From: Spirulina sp. | GTDB lineage: Bacteria > Cyanobacteriota > Cyanobacteriia > Phormidesmidales > Phormidesmidaceae | Assembly (NCBI GenBank): GCA_044070495.1 | Contig: JBIPSI010000012.1 | Span: 1 to 64,000, forward strand | DNA: 64,000 nt | Direction of reading: 5' to 3' | In this document: one piece after another, positions 42,496 to 52,582 of the stretch | Layout of the letters: each line of letters begins with the position of its first letter | Numbering within the stretch: position 1 is the stretch's first letter | Notes under the pieces: generated by a model | What the model was told of the DNA's origin: nothing | The model's input: only the letters and a program-made list of their open reading frames with translations | Databases searched by the model: none | Made by a program: the position numbers and the translations under genes

Positions 42496-43584
42496 GTGCT
42501 GTTTGAATCGAAGGGTCGAGAGCCTGTGGTTGCCGTTAACGACATCTACCTCCTACGCAATATTTGGTACCACGCCATACCCAGCGCCGACCTCAAGCGC
42601 GGCAAAATGGTGGCCAAGACCCTATTGAACGAGCCGATTTTATTGGGCCGCACCAACCAGGGCAAAGCCTTTGCCATTCGAGACATTTGCCCCCACCGAG
42701 CAGTGCCCCTAAGCTGCGGCTGGTACGATGGCGAGACCGTGCAGTGCTGCTACCACGGCTGGCGCTTTGATGAGCATGGCAAGTGTACCGAAATCCCCTC
42801 CCTGATGCCAGAACAGGAGATGGATTTGAGCCGCTTTGATGTGCGGGGCTACGAGGTCAAAGAGGTGCAGGGCAACGTTTGGGTGTACATCCCCGACCCC
42901 GACCGCAGCAAGGCGCAACCGCCCCGGTTTGATGTGCCCAGGGTGCCCGGTTTTGGCGATGAGGTGGCCCCCAACGTCACCTATACCATGCGTTTTCCCT
43001 GCTACATCGACCATGCCGTGGTGGGGTTGATGGATCCGGCCCACTCGCCCTTTGTCCATCGATCTTGGTGGTGGCGGGGCGGCACCCTGAATGACGAAAT
43101 CAAATGGTTCGACCCCTCGCCCTACGGTTTCACCATGCGCAAGCACCAGATGCCGGAACACATGGGCCGAGGCTATTGGCTGATTGGCGGCGTGCCCGAA
43201 AACGAGATTATCTTTTACCTGCCGGGGGTGCGCACCGAAGAAACCACCACCGCCAAGAACCGAGTAGTGAACCTGACGACCGTAACACCCCTCACCGACG
43301 ACCAAACCGATGTCACCTTTCAGTTGTATTGGGATATCCCCTGGGGCAACCTGCTAAAGCCGATTTTACCGACCCTGATTCGCTCCTTTTTGGGGCAGGA
43401 TCGGGATGTGGTGATCAAGCAGCAGGAGGGCCTAAAGCACGAATCGGTGCTGCGGCTGATTAAGGACTCCGATACCCTGGCCCGTTGGTACTACCAGCTT
43501 AAAAAGGAATACCAGCGCTCCCAGGACGAAGCGCGAGAGTTTGTCACCCCCGTCAAAACGCAACTCCTCAAGTGGCGGGCCTAG
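42496..43584 (+). CDS. Rieske non-heme iron oxygenase alpha subunit
   Basis: CPH-x-CCYH Rieske motif; DPAHSPFVH mononuclear Fe motif. Confidence 0.92.
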   Translation: MLFESKGREPVVAVNDIYLLRNIWYHAIPSADLKRGKMVAKTLLNEPILLGRTNQGKAFAIRDICPHRAVPLSCGWYDGETVQCCYHGWRFDEHGKCTEIPSLMPEQEMDLSRFDVRGYEVKEVQGNVWVYIPDPDRSKAQPPRFDVPRVPGFGDEVAPNVTYTMRFPCYIDHAVVGLMDPAHSPFVHRSWWWRGGTLNDEIKWFDPSPYGFTMRKHQMPEHMGRGYWLIGGVPENEIIFYLPGVRTEETTTAKNRVVNLTTVTPLTDDQTDVTFQLYWDIPWGNLLKPILPTLIRSFLGQDRDVVIKQQEGLKHESVLRLIKDSDTLARWYYQLKKEYQRSQDEAREFVTPVKTQLLKWRA

Positions 43585-43731
43585 CCATGCAACGCAGTAG
43601 GTCGGCAAAATCTTGATGGGATGCTCTATACGATACGGTTAGAGACCGTGTGCGCCGGGAGCCTGGTGCGCTCAACCATAGGAATGTATCCCATGCCCAG
43701 GGCCATTGGCTAGCATAGAACCACCCTACCG

Positions 43732-43851
43732 ATGGCCCGTCCCATGACGACCTCTCCCCTAACTTCCGTTCAATCGGCCAAACCCACGGTGGCCCCACCC
43801 GTGGAAAGCGGCGACCGCCTGACTCGCCCAGAGAGCGATGAAGCGTGGTGA
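43732..43851 (+). pseudogene. N-terminal remnant of a Uma2-family endonuclease
   Basis: PPVESGDRLTRPE matches the Uma2 start (PPLESGDRLTRxEFERRY), then an early stop. Confidence 0.6.
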
Positions 43852-43945
43852 GATCTATTACGCCAATCTGGATCCCACGGTGGGGTCGGCCTTGAAGCAC
43901 TTTCTACACCAGGAGGTTGGCATTCGCAATGGGTCACTGCGTCAA

Positions 43946-46495
43946 TCAATTCTGGGTGAGTAATTTTTTAATCCGCTGCTTCAAAATCGACCAATTGACG
44001 GGTTTGGTAATGTAGTCGGTTGCGCCTGCGGCAAAGGCATTTTCGACGGAGGTTTCATCGTCCAGGGCGGTGATCATCAAGATGGGCGTTTGACAACTCT
44101 GCTGAGTGAGTAGTGAACCCTGAATTTGGCCCTGAATTTGCTCGGCATAGCCTAAGTCCTCGGTGGCTTGCAGCAGACGAATGTGCTGACAGCAGGTGAA
44201 GCCGTTCATTTCGGGCATCATGGCATCGAGGAGAACGAGGTCGGGGGACTCTTGTTGGTAACGTTCTAGGGCTTCTTGGCCGTTGGTGGCTTCGATGGTG
44301 CGGTAGCCCGCTTGTTGAACCGCCATGGTCAGCAAGCGACGGAGAGATCGGTCATCGTCTACAACCAGCACGAGGGGCGCATCGATAGAGGTAGGCATGG
44401 TAGGTGCAGGTAAAGGCTCAAGCAAAAACGAAAAGGGGTTTCTGTGGGCCAGTAGGCGGGTGATGACAGAGGCTGGCTCCGGTTTTGAGAAGCCGTAGCC
44501 CTGGCCGTAGGTCATCCCCATCTCGCGGGTGCGGCGGTGCTGAAAGGCCGTTTCGATGCCCATGGCCACGAGGTCAATGTGTAGATCGTGGGACATGATA
44601 ATTAGGCTTTTCAGCCATTCCGCCAGTTTGGGGTCAATATCCAGACGATTGACGGTTTTGGCATCAACTTTGAGGCTGTTGACCGGGAACCGATGCAAAA
44701 AGCTGAGGGAGGCGTAGCGGGTGCCGATGCCATCAATACAGATTTGAATGCCCCGCGCCTGCAATTGCATCCATACTCCCATGGTGGCTGAGGTATCTGT
44801 AACGATGGTGTGGTCTTTGATCTCCAGTACCAGGTCGTCTCCCCGCAGGTGGTGGGTGGCCAAGGCCCGGTCTAGGTGGGTCATCAGATCGAGATGGAGA
44901 AATTGTTGGGTGGAGAGGTTGACACTGAGGCGAACCCGCTGTTCCGGGAACTGCTGCCGCCAGGTGGCCAACTGCTGGCAGGCCTGATCTAGCACCCACC
45001 AGCCCAGGGGAATCATCAGATGGGTGTCTTTGGCCGCGGAGAGAAAGTCTTCGGGGGGCAGCATTCCTCTCTGGGGATGGTGCCACCGCACCAGGGCTTC
45101 TAGGGTGTCGATGCGTCCATTGCCCAGATTTACGATGGGCTGGTAGTAGAGTTCAAATTCATGCTTTTCCAAGGCCTGGTAGAGGTCAGCATTTTTGACC
45201 ACGGCCCGCTGAATTAGGCGGTAGTACTGGCGGCTGATGGCCTCGACGGTAAAGTTTTCGCGGATAAAGCGGTGCCCCGACAGGCCCAATTGCTGGGTGG
45301 CTTCCCCATCTTTCATCAGGTAGCGGATGTAGCTGGCGAGGCCCTGGCTATCGCCATTGCTGAAGGCGGCTCCGCAGTGCGCCTGGGACACCAGCCCCCG
45401 CAGGTAGGAATGGCCTTCGCAAAGGATCGCCACCGGCCTGCCGGAGGACAGGGCCGAGTAGAACTTACTGGGGGCCACCAGCCCTTCCATATCGGTGTCG
45501 ATGCTGACCAGGTGCAGGTCGCAGGCGGTGAGGGACTGGGGCAGCAGGGCTTTGTCTTGATAGGGCAGGAAACGGCAGTTGGTGAGACCGAGGTCTTCGA
45601 CCTGCCGCTGGGTGATCTCCCGTTTGGGGCCACCGCCAATGAAGAGGAACTGCACCGGATCATCCCGCAGGGCTTGGGCCGCACCGAGGATGGTGTCCAT
45701 GTCGTGGCAGCGGCCCATATTGCCGGAGTAGAGCACGGTGAAGACTTGGTCGGTGCTATGGACTTGGGCGAAGTCATTGTCCGCCTTGGCCAAGGGTTTC
45801 ACCCAGTCCGGGTCTGACCAGTTGTGGATCACGGTGATGTGATCCCCTAGGGTGGGATGTTTGGCCCCAATCCGCGCCTTCATGGTTTCGCAGGGCACAA
45901 TGATGGCCTCCGCCCGCTGCCACACCCGACGATTCACCGCATCCCACAGGCGCACCACCCCGTGATGGGGGGGCAGCATTCCCAGCCCCGTCACCACATC
46001 GGGATAGAGGTCGTAGACCAGGGCCGCGTAGGCCGTACCAAAAAGTAGGCTAAACAGAAACCCCACCACCTGCACGTAGGGCGGCTCGCTGACGAACAGG
46101 ACAATATCCCCCCGGTTGCGCTTGTTCAGCAGGTGCCAGGCCGTATGCAGGCAAAAGGCCAAACTGCTGAGGGTGCGGCCCTTCATACTGCGGGAACGGC
46201 TGCGCAAAAAGTTGGAGCGAGTGATATGAACCGGGCCTTTCTGCTCTTCGGCGGGGGCTTCGGCCACCTCAAAGGCATAGCTGGGCTGGCCCGTAAACAC
46301 CCTTACCTCAAACCCCTGCTGGCCTAGGTGGGTGGCCAACTCGTCCATATACTGCCCGGTAGCGGCAAAGTCAGGCGGGAAAAACTGGGTGACAATGGTG
46401 AGCCGAAGCGGGCGATGGTCATGCTCTGGATGGCTTTCCAGCGGTGGTTGCGATGACGCATTCGGTCGGAAGCACTGATTCAGGAATTTAAACAT
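43946..46495 (-). CDS. GT4 glycosyltransferase fused to a degenerate EAL domain and a receiver domain
   Basis: TQFFPPDFAATGQ, YSGNMGRCH, PSKFY (GT4, WcaI-like); YQPIV...EALVRW; REC VVDDD/LLD/ITA/KP. One uninterrupted frame. Confidence 0.9.
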   Translation of the reverse strand: MFKFLNQCFRPNASSQPPLESHPEHDHRPLRLTIVTQFFPPDFAATGQYMDELATHLGQQGFEVRVFTGQPSYAFEVAEAPAEEQKGPVHITRSNFLRSRSRSMKGRTLSSLAFCLHTAWHLLNKRNRGDIVLFVSEPPYVQVVGFLFSLLFGTAYAALVYDLYPDVVTGLGMLPPHHGVVRLWDAVNRRVWQRAEAIIVPCETMKARIGAKHPTLGDHITVIHNWSDPDWVKPLAKADNDFAQVHSTDQVFTVLYSGNMGRCHDMDTILGAAQALRDDPVQFLFIGGGPKREITQRQVEDLGLTNCRFLPYQDKALLPQSLTACDLHLVSIDTDMEGLVAPSKFYSALSSGRPVAILCEGHSYLRGLVSQAHCGAAFSNGDSQGLASYIRYLMKDGEATQQLGLSGHRFIRENFTVEAISRQYYRLIQRAVVKNADLYQALEKHEFELYYQPIVNLGNGRIDTLEALVRWHHPQRGMLPPEDFLSAAKDTHLMIPLGWWVLDQACQQLATWRQQFPEQRVRLSVNLSTQQFLHLDLMTHLDRALATHHLRGDDLVLEIKDHTIVTDTSATMGVWMQLQARGIQICIDGIGTRYASLSFLHRFPVNSLKVDAKTVNRLDIDPKLAEWLKSLIIMSHDLHIDLVAMGIETAFQHRRTREMGMTYGQGYGFSKPEPASVITRLLAHRNPFSFLLEPLPAPTMPTSIDAPLVLVVDDDRSLRRLLTMAVQQAGYRTIEATNGQEALERYQQESPDLVLLDAMMPEMNGFTCCQHIRLLQATEDLGYAEQIQGQIQGSLLTQQSCQTPILMITALDDETSVENAFAAGATDYITKPVNWSILKQRIKKLLTQN

Positions 46496-46551
46496 GGTGT
46501 TGCCAGGGGAAGAAAATAGGGCGGATGGGGCAATAAGCCCATGGGTCAACG

Positions 46552-47361
46552 CTAAAGGGGGGGCGTCTGCGTTTGGGTTTGCATTGATGGCGTCGTTTTC
46601 CGAGACCGCCCCCAGCCCCATCGCCGCCCGATGACCATCGCCCCAATTACCAAAAGACCAGCGGCACTGTGCATTTCAAAGGGAACGGCCTGGGCCTGGG
46701 CATCCCTTAAGTTAATGCTCGGATCTTGACCCAGGTTGGCCGTGGTAAAAATCGCCCTAAAGTTTTCCACGCCAACATCAATGGCGATGATGCCGTCGTT
46801 AAAGTCGTTGTCACTGCCGCGACCAGCGATATCTTCATAGCCCAGCAAAATGATGGGTCTGGTCGCCTTAGGATCCGCGTAAGCCGTCCAGAAAATCGGA
46901 CTGTTGGGATTGTAAGGATCGGTCGGGTTAAGGGTGTAGTCCGTACTTAAGGGCGCTCTACTGGAACTAACGACACCATTGGGGGTGACCGAAAAGTGAA
47001 GCTGAGTTCCCGCCTGAATTTCCGACATCTGCACCCAGTCGCCCACCCGTAGCGGAGCATTGCTACTGGGCAGAATGCTATTGCTACCCGACAGGTTAGA
47101 AAATACCGTGACTTCGCCCGTGGTAGCGCCCGCCGCCGTCATCGAAACCGGAGACTGATAGCCCGCCCCTTCATTAATAAAGGCAATACGGGGAGCGTAG
47201 TTATAGGGCAGATACAGATCGCTACTGTCGATCAGCCAGAGATTGCTGTCTGTCAGGTTAAGCGAAACCCGCTCCTGGGTGCCTAAGTTGGAATATTTCG
47301 TCAGGTCAAACCAGGTAGAACCGGGTACATAGCTTTGGATAGGGCCAACGGATAGAGACAT
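46552..47361 (-). CDS. PEP-CTERM-type (PFE variant) sorted surface protein
   Basis: C-terminal VPFE + TM + RR; GYED...SDNDFND acidic (DUF4114-like) motif. Confidence 0.8.
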   Translation of the reverse strand: MSLSVGPIQSYVPGSTWFDLTKYSNLGTQERVSLNLTDSNLWLIDSSDLYLPYNYAPRIAFINEGAGYQSPVSMTAAGATTGEVTVFSNLSGSNSILPSSNAPLRVGDWVQMSEIQAGTQLHFSVTPNGVVSSSRAPLSTDYTLNPTDPYNPNSPIFWTAYADPKATRPIILLGYEDIAGRGSDNDFNDGIIAIDVGVENFRAIFTTANLGQDPSINLRDAQAQAVPFEMHSAAGLLVIGAMVIGRRWGWGRSRKTTPSMQTQTQTPPL

Positions 47362-47412
47362 AGGTGGGTGGGGTGGTGGGGTGATGGGTGGTGGGGTGGT
47401 GGGGTGGTGGGG

Positions 47413-47436
47413 CCGTAGGGTGGGCACTGCCCACCA
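47413..47436 (+). repeat. GTAG-REP hairpin GTAGGGTGGGCAntGCCCACC; further copies near 48317, 48347 and 63409
   Basis: Four near-identical copies read directly. Confidence 0.85.
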
Positions 47437-47480
47437 GCTTTAATTCATGGAGACTGAAGCCTCAATTCAACGATCTGGCC

Positions 47481-48221
47481 TTAAGGCTGAGCCACAGGTC
47501 GGCGACGACGCCACCAGCCGCTGCGGCGCACGATGACAATAGCCCCAAGGGTGAGCAGCCCCAGACTGGTGTGAAGTTCAAAGGGAACGGGTTTCACCTC
47601 TCCAGGGATGTCCGGGGTGCCGTCCAATCCGCCCGTGGTTGGCGTACCAGAACCACCGCCATCTCCGGTGCCGACACCATCTCCCCCATCGGTAATCGAC
47701 GGGTCATCCGTGCCGCCCCCCGTGAAGCTGCCGGTGGATCCGGTACCCGATGTTGTGGTGCTGGTTCCAGAGGTACCCCCGAAATTCGTCAGAGTCGTCG
47801 GACTCAAACCGCCGCCGCTATTAGAAATCAGCGTAGCGCTGCTCTGGGTGCCGCCCTGCACCTCCAGGAGAGGCGAACCGTCACTGAGCTGTAGGGCAGA
47901 ACTGTTGGTGTACAAAACACTGTCGGCGGTCGGGGTGCTGCCGTAGATGGTGACGTTGCCCGTGGTTGAGGCCATGGTGGTCGAGGCCATCGGGGCCAGA
48001 TAGCCCTCGGTATCCGTTGTCGGGCTAGCGGAATACAGGGCCAGTAGGCTTAGATCGTCAGTACTGCTCTGCTTTAAGGCCGTGCTGTCCACCAGCCAGA
48101 GATTGCTGTCTGACAGACTGAGGGACTCTCGTTCATCGGTGCCTAGGTTGCCGTACTGGGTTTCATAAAACTCAGTGGAGCCGGGAACGTAGGTTTCAAT
48201 GGTGCCAACGGATAGGGTCAT
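47481..48221 (-). CDS. Second PFE-CTERM protein (paralog with Gly/Thr/Ser-rich linker)
   Basis: N-terminus paralogous to the neighbour (LSVG.I..YVPGST...Y.NLGT.ER.SL.L.DSNLWL.DS); VPFELHTSLGLL...WWRRRR tail. Confidence 0.78.
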   Translation of the reverse strand: MTLSVGTIETYVPGSTEFYETQYGNLGTDERESLSLSDSNLWLVDSTALKQSSTDDLSLLALYSASPTTDTEGYLAPMASTTMASTTGNVTIYGSTPTADSVLYTNSSALQLSDGSPLLEVQGGTQSSATLISNSGGGLSPTTLTNFGGTSGTSTTTSGTGSTGSFTGGGTDDPSITDGGDGVGTGDGGGSGTPTTGGLDGTPDIPGEVKPVPFELHTSLGLLTLGAIVIVRRSGWWRRRRPVAQP

Positions 48222-48227
48222 GGGTGA

Positions 48228-48310
48228 GGTGAAGGGTGAAGGGTGAAGGGTGAAGGGTGAAGGGTGAAGGGTGAAGGGTGAAGGGTGAAGGGTGAAGAGT
48301 GAAGAGTGAA
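48228..48310 (+). repeat. Heptamer tandem repeat (GGGTGAA)n
   Basis: About 11-12 units; degenerate inverted copies near 50070-50105. Confidence 0.9.
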
Positions 48311-48405
48311 GAAGCCGTAGGGTGGGCACTGCCCACCAGAAGAAACCGTAGGGTGGGCAGTGCCCACCAGCCTTAATTCATGGTGATTTGACGTTCCCCC
48401 TGGGG

Positions 48406-49020
48406 CTAAACATCCCTAAAACCTGCGCCTAAACTGGCACCGCTCCAGCCGGTGGTGAGCCAAAGCCAGGAGCGCAGCACATCGCGACAGATGCGGAGGG
48501 GCGATTCGGCGGGCTCCATGGAGGGGGCAACGATGGGGGTAAAGGCGATGCGGTGGCTGCCGAGGATGACGGTGGCAATGGCGCGGGCACGGGGCATGTG
48601 GTAATCGGAGGTGATCAGGTAGAGGTGATGCACATGGTTTTGTTGGAGGGTTTTCACCAGGGTGGTGAAGTTGCTGACCGTATCAACGGCCTGGTAGTCG
48701 AGGGTGACGCGATCCCGGCTCACCCCTAGGGCGTCAAAAATGGGATAGGCCTGATCTGGCCCCAAGCCGGAGGATGACCACACCCGTAAGCTGGGGTGCA
48801 ACCTGGCCCATCGGGCGGCAGTGGCTTCTCGGTGGGGATGCCCACCCAGCACCAGAATGCTGTCGGGTGCGGGCCAGAGCACCTGGGCCAAGGCCAGGTT
48901 GATCGGCCCATACAGGATCAACACCCCCAGGCTGCCCAGCACGACCCGTCGCAGAAATGGCAGCCAGCGACGACTCCGAAGACTTCTCTGATGAGGGGTA
49001 GGGCGGCTGGATACAAACAT
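48406..49020 (-). CDS. YdcF/DUF218 family protein
   Basis: ILVLGG, AVDTVSNF, LITSDYHMPRA. Confidence 0.88.
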   Translation of the reverse strand: MFVSSRPTPHQRSLRSRRWLPFLRRVVLGSLGVLILYGPINLALAQVLWPAPDSILVLGGHPHREATAARWARLHPSLRVWSSSGLGPDQAYPIFDALGVSRDRVTLDYQAVDTVSNFTTLVKTLQQNHVHHLYLITSDYHMPRARAIATVILGSHRIAFTPIVAPSMEPAESPLRICRDVLRSWLWLTTGWSGASLGAGFRDV

Positions 49021-49162
49021 GCCAAATTTCCATAACAACAAACCAAGCCTGTTCCTACTGTGCCGGGGGCATGATTGCGATCCCATTTGCTCTCTTCGCC
49101 AAACAACGCAAACCAGAACGCACACATGCCGTGGTTAGAGTTCTCTTATCGGTTATGAGGGC

Positions 49163-50053
49163 ATGTTTATGGCTTCTTCTTCGAGAGTGAATTCGTTTCG
49201 GGCCGATCCACCGACCTATGAAGATTCCTCCATCCTTAATCCATCGGATACCGTTAGCCAGACCATCACGATGGGACATCTCCTACGGCTGGCTAGGGTG
49301 GTGGGGTATGGCCTGCTGCTGTTGTCGTTTGTCGATTTTCTGTATGTGCTGATTCCTGCCGACTTTATGGATCCGGTTTGGGAATATCAGTTTACCGGTG
49401 ACTTAGTCAAATTGGTTCCAGTGCCCCTATTGGCCTTAGTTCTGGCGTTTTGGGGCGATAACGTCGAACGGCAGGATGTGGAGTGGCCTATCCTCAAGTT
49501 CCTGTCCTGGTTGACGCTGTTCTTCAGCATCACGCTGTTTCTGTTAATTCCCCTCACCGCCGCCAACACCCTGCGGATTCACCGCTTCAACAACGAGCAA
49601 ATCAGCACCCAAGTCAATCAGCAGCGCCAGCAAATTGAAGCCACCCGTGCCCAGCTCGAACAAGCAACGCCTCAGCAGTTGCAAAGCCTAGTGCTAACCC
49701 CCGATGCCCAGGGCCAACTGCCCAACGCCCCGGCCAACCCCGAAGATGCCCGCGCCCAAATTTTAGACAACCTCAACCAGGCAAAAGAACAGGCCGCCGC
49801 CCAGGCTAATCAGGCCCGCGCCAATGTGAAGCAAAACCTGATTAAAAACAGCTTGAAACTGATTGCAGAAAGTGCTTTAGGCAGCTTTTTGTTCCTCTAT
49901 GCTTGGTTGGTTAGCCGCTGGGCAAGACGGGGCAAGGGTACCCTTACGGCCAACACCAGTGAACCCCAGGTCAATCCCGCCACCGCCTTTGGTCGTCGGG
50001 TAGGGCGCATGGTGGGGCGCAAACCCAAACGCATGAAGCACCGCATTCGGTAG
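49163..50053 (+). CDS. hpsJ: HpsJ-family membrane protein associated with cyanoexosortase
   Basis: VGYGLLLL, DPVWE, VPVPLL..VL.FWG, TM-coil-TM layout, directly upstream of the exosortase. Confidence 0.78.
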   Translation: MFMASSSRVNSFRADPPTYEDSSILNPSDTVSQTITMGHLLRLARVVGYGLLLLSFVDFLYVLIPADFMDPVWEYQFTGDLVKLVPVPLLALVLAFWGDNVERQDVEWPILKFLSWLTLFFSITLFLLIPLTAANTLRIHRFNNEQISTQVNQQRQQIEATRAQLEQATPQQLQSLVLTPDAQGQLPNAPANPEDARAQILDNLNQAKEQAAAQANQARANVKQNLIKNSLKLIAESALGSFLFLYAWLVSRWARRGKGTLTANTSEPQVNPATAFGRRVGRMVGRKPKRMKHRIR

Positions 50054-50111
50054 AGCCATCTAGTCCCCCCTTCACCCTTCACGCTTCCTCCTTCACCCTT
50101 CACCCCCTCCA

Positions 50112-50957
50112 ATGACAGATCCCCCCTTCACCTTCATCCCAATCCCTGTGCCACAAAGGATTGCTTTTCTAGGTCTGGGCCTAGTGGGTCTGCATATCGC
50201 TTTAATCGTCAGTGTCACGGGCAATGCCGATCAGGTGGTGTTGAGCCTGCTGTTTTGGGGAGCCATCGCCGACCAAGTCCGTCAGGGTGGCCCACTTCGG
50301 TGGGCGCGATCTCCCCTCGCTCGGATATTGGGCCTTGCACTGCTGGGTCTCCTTGGCCTGAAGTCCTTACCGATCCCCGCAACGGAATCGGCCTTTGTGA
50401 GGCTGTTTCCGTTGTTGGCCTTGGTGGGGTGGTCGCTGCTAGTGCGCCAGGGGAAAAACGGCCACGGCTGGAAGGTTTGGGCCTTAGTCGTGGCGCTCTC
50501 GGTGCCCCCCAGGGCGTTGCCGCTCGTTTTAGAAACGGTTTTGGATAGGCCGATCCGGGGGGCGACGGCGGCAGCAGCGGCCTTTGGCCTGCATTTTCTA
50601 GGATTCGATGTGGCGCAGCAGGGGACTTTCATCCAACTCCCTAGCGGCACCGTGGAGGTAGAGTTTGCCTGCACCGGGGCCGCTCTGCTGGGACTACTCC
50701 TACAGGTTTCGGTGCTGCTCGCCGTGGTGACAGCCTGGGCCAAGATCAGAGGGTTGATCCTGGGGTCGGTGGCCATTGCGGCCCTACTCAGCACCGTGCG
50801 CGTCGCCATTATGGCAGCGGTAGTGGGGAATGAAGCCCTCTTCCAGTTCTGGCATGGGTCTAGCGGGGGGCAACTGTTCACCCTCATCGCCCTAGCCATC
50901 CTCAGCTACAGAACCCTTGGGAAAGACGAACGATGGGCGACCCACAACGGTAGGTAG
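50112..50957 (+). CDS. Cyanoexosortase A-like exosortase
   Basis: Cys (VEFACTG), Arg (TVRVAIM) and His (FWHG) triad; multi-TM. Confidence 0.85.
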   Translation: MTDPPFTFIPIPVPQRIAFLGLGLVGLHIALIVSVTGNADQVVLSLLFWGAIADQVRQGGPLRWARSPLARILGLALLGLLGLKSLPIPATESAFVRLFPLLALVGWSLLVRQGKNGHGWKVWALVVALSVPPRALPLVLETVLDRPIRGATAAAAAFGLHFLGFDVAQQGTFIQLPSGTVEVEFACTGAALLGLLLQVSVLLAVVTAWAKIRGLILGSVAIAALLSTVRVAIMAAVVGNEALFQFWHGSSGGQLFTLIALAILSYRTLGKDERWATHNGR

Positions 50958-51007
50958 AACGCATTAGCCTGGCTGACTGACACAACCCCGAAAAGCATTG
51001 TTCTCTC

Positions 51008-51092
51008 GTAGGCTGGGTGGCGCGATAGCAGAACCCAACAAGCCCGAAATCTTCGGCGGGTATTGGGTTCCGCTTCGCTGCACCCAACCTAC
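51008..51092. repeat. Inverted GTAG-REP pair at the left edge of the island
   Basis: GTAGGCTGGGT...AACCCAAC and TTGGGTT...ACCCAACCTAC. Confidence 0.75.
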
Positions 51093-51167
51093 TGTAGAGA
51101 TGTGTCAGGCAATCAGCAAAAAGGCTATCGTCTAGATAGACCTACTCTTGCCCGGTTCAAAACTTTG

Positions 51168-52472
51168 CTATAAGTCTGTCACCAGCCAGAGTCTTCTGGC
51201 CAGACCCTTCAAAAAGGTCTCCCGTTGGGTGACGATATCGGCTCGACCCAACATCCCGGCTTGCAAGTGACAGGTGTGGTTAGCCGCTGGCAGCGCACTT
51301 GTTTGGGGTGCAATTTCGGCCCAATAGAATGGAAGGGTCTTGGCTGAACTAGGATCTGGGCTTTCCGTTTCCGTATCCGGAGCAATGGCCATTACCTGTC
51401 CATGCAGAACACCGTAGTCTGTGTAAGGGCAACTATCGATTCTCACGTTGACCTGCTGTCCAACCTGGACTCGACCCGCATCGGCCTGACTAACTTGGGC
51501 CTGGATAATCAACGCGACATTCGAGGGCGCAATTTGGGCAATGACATCTCCAGCTTGCAAGACCTGGTTTGGATTGCGCAGGTTAAGGGACTGAATGGTG
51601 CCGGTAACGGGAGCCTGCACGACCAACCGGGCTAATTCCAGGTTCACTTGCTGGAGGGTTTGCTGCTGGGATTGAATCTGCTGCTCTAGTTCGGCCTGCT
51701 GGCGGGTTAGTGCCTGCTGCGTCTGGCGCAGGTTAGCCAGGGTAGACTCCCCTCTGGCCTGGGTTTGCCGCATTTCCTCCTCAGCTTGCTCAATAGCGGC
51801 AGCACTAGGATTGATCCGGCCTCGGGTTCGATCCAATCGAGCCAGAGCCGTTTCTAAGGCCGCTTCTTTTTCTTTAAGCTGTAGGTCAGCCAGTGCCCCG
51901 GTATTGGCTAACTGGCGGTAGCGGTTGAGTTCTTCCTGGGCAAACTGCATGGCAGCATTCGCTTCTCGCAGGTCGGCGGCAGTGGTAGCTTGTTGTTCGC
52001 GGTAGTTGCGCTGGCGGAGGTCAAGCTGGGCCTGGGCGGCTGCAATCGCACCTTCAGCCGCCCTTGTCTCTGCCTGAATCTGGCTGTCGAGGACAACCCG
52101 CTCTTGCTGAATGTGCTGCTGCTGCCGCTGAAGCTGGTCGAGTTCGGCCTGGATCTGCTGCTGGCGCGATCGCACCTCGGCATCATCGAGCACCACCAGC
52201 GGATCTCCCTGCTGGACTTCATCGTTGGCTGTCACCAAAATTTGCCGTACCGGCCCGGTTGCAGTTGACTCCACAATCCGCAGGTCGCCTTCGGGACGGA
52301 CAACGGCGGGGGCTTTGACGGTAACGTTGTATTTGAGCAGGGCGGAGAGTGCGATCGCGCTGCCGAAGATGCCGACCAAGGCCAATCCTCCCAGCCTCGA
52401 CCAATGAGAAACACGCGGCAAAAACTCATCTGCATCAACTAAAGAGAGTCGTATTGATTGAGTCGTCTTCAT
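51168..52472 (-). CDS. hlyD: HlyD-family type I secretion membrane fusion protein
   Basis: N-terminal TM, lipoyl-like halves (GPVRQILV / APVTGTIQ), long coiled coil, PYTDYG. Confidence 0.92.
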   Translation of the reverse strand: MKTTQSIRLSLVDADEFLPRVSHWSRLGGLALVGIFGSAIALSALLKYNVTVKAPAVVRPEGDLRIVESTATGPVRQILVTANDEVQQGDPLVVLDDAEVRSRQQQIQAELDQLQRQQQHIQQERVVLDSQIQAETRAAEGAIAAAQAQLDLRQRNYREQQATTAADLREANAAMQFAQEELNRYRQLANTGALADLQLKEKEAALETALARLDRTRGRINPSAAAIEQAEEEMRQTQARGESTLANLRQTQQALTRQQAELEQQIQSQQQTLQQVNLELARLVVQAPVTGTIQSLNLRNPNQVLQAGDVIAQIAPSNVALIIQAQVSQADAGRVQVGQQVNVRIDSCPYTDYGVLHGQVMAIAPDTETESPDPSSAKTLPFYWAEIAPQTSALPAANHTCHLQAGMLGRADIVTQRETFLKGLARRLWLVTDL

Positions 52473-52582
52473 CCGATTCTCTTCATTAAAATCGGTTTTT
52501 AGAAATCTTCGATTCAGCGTAAAAAGTGAAGTCAAGATTCTTGCAGACTGGTGCAGCAGAGCAAAGTATCAAGACAGCTATT

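Noticed and set aside
47362..48329. Extended N-termini MPTLRPHH... and MPTLRLLH... given in the ORF track
   Set aside because: They are translations of REP and tandem-repeat DNA; paralog similarity begins at the ATGs at 47361 and 48221.
48228..48370. Possible CRISPR array
   Set aside because: It is a pure heptamer tandem repeat plus REP hairpins, with no unique spacers and no cas genes.
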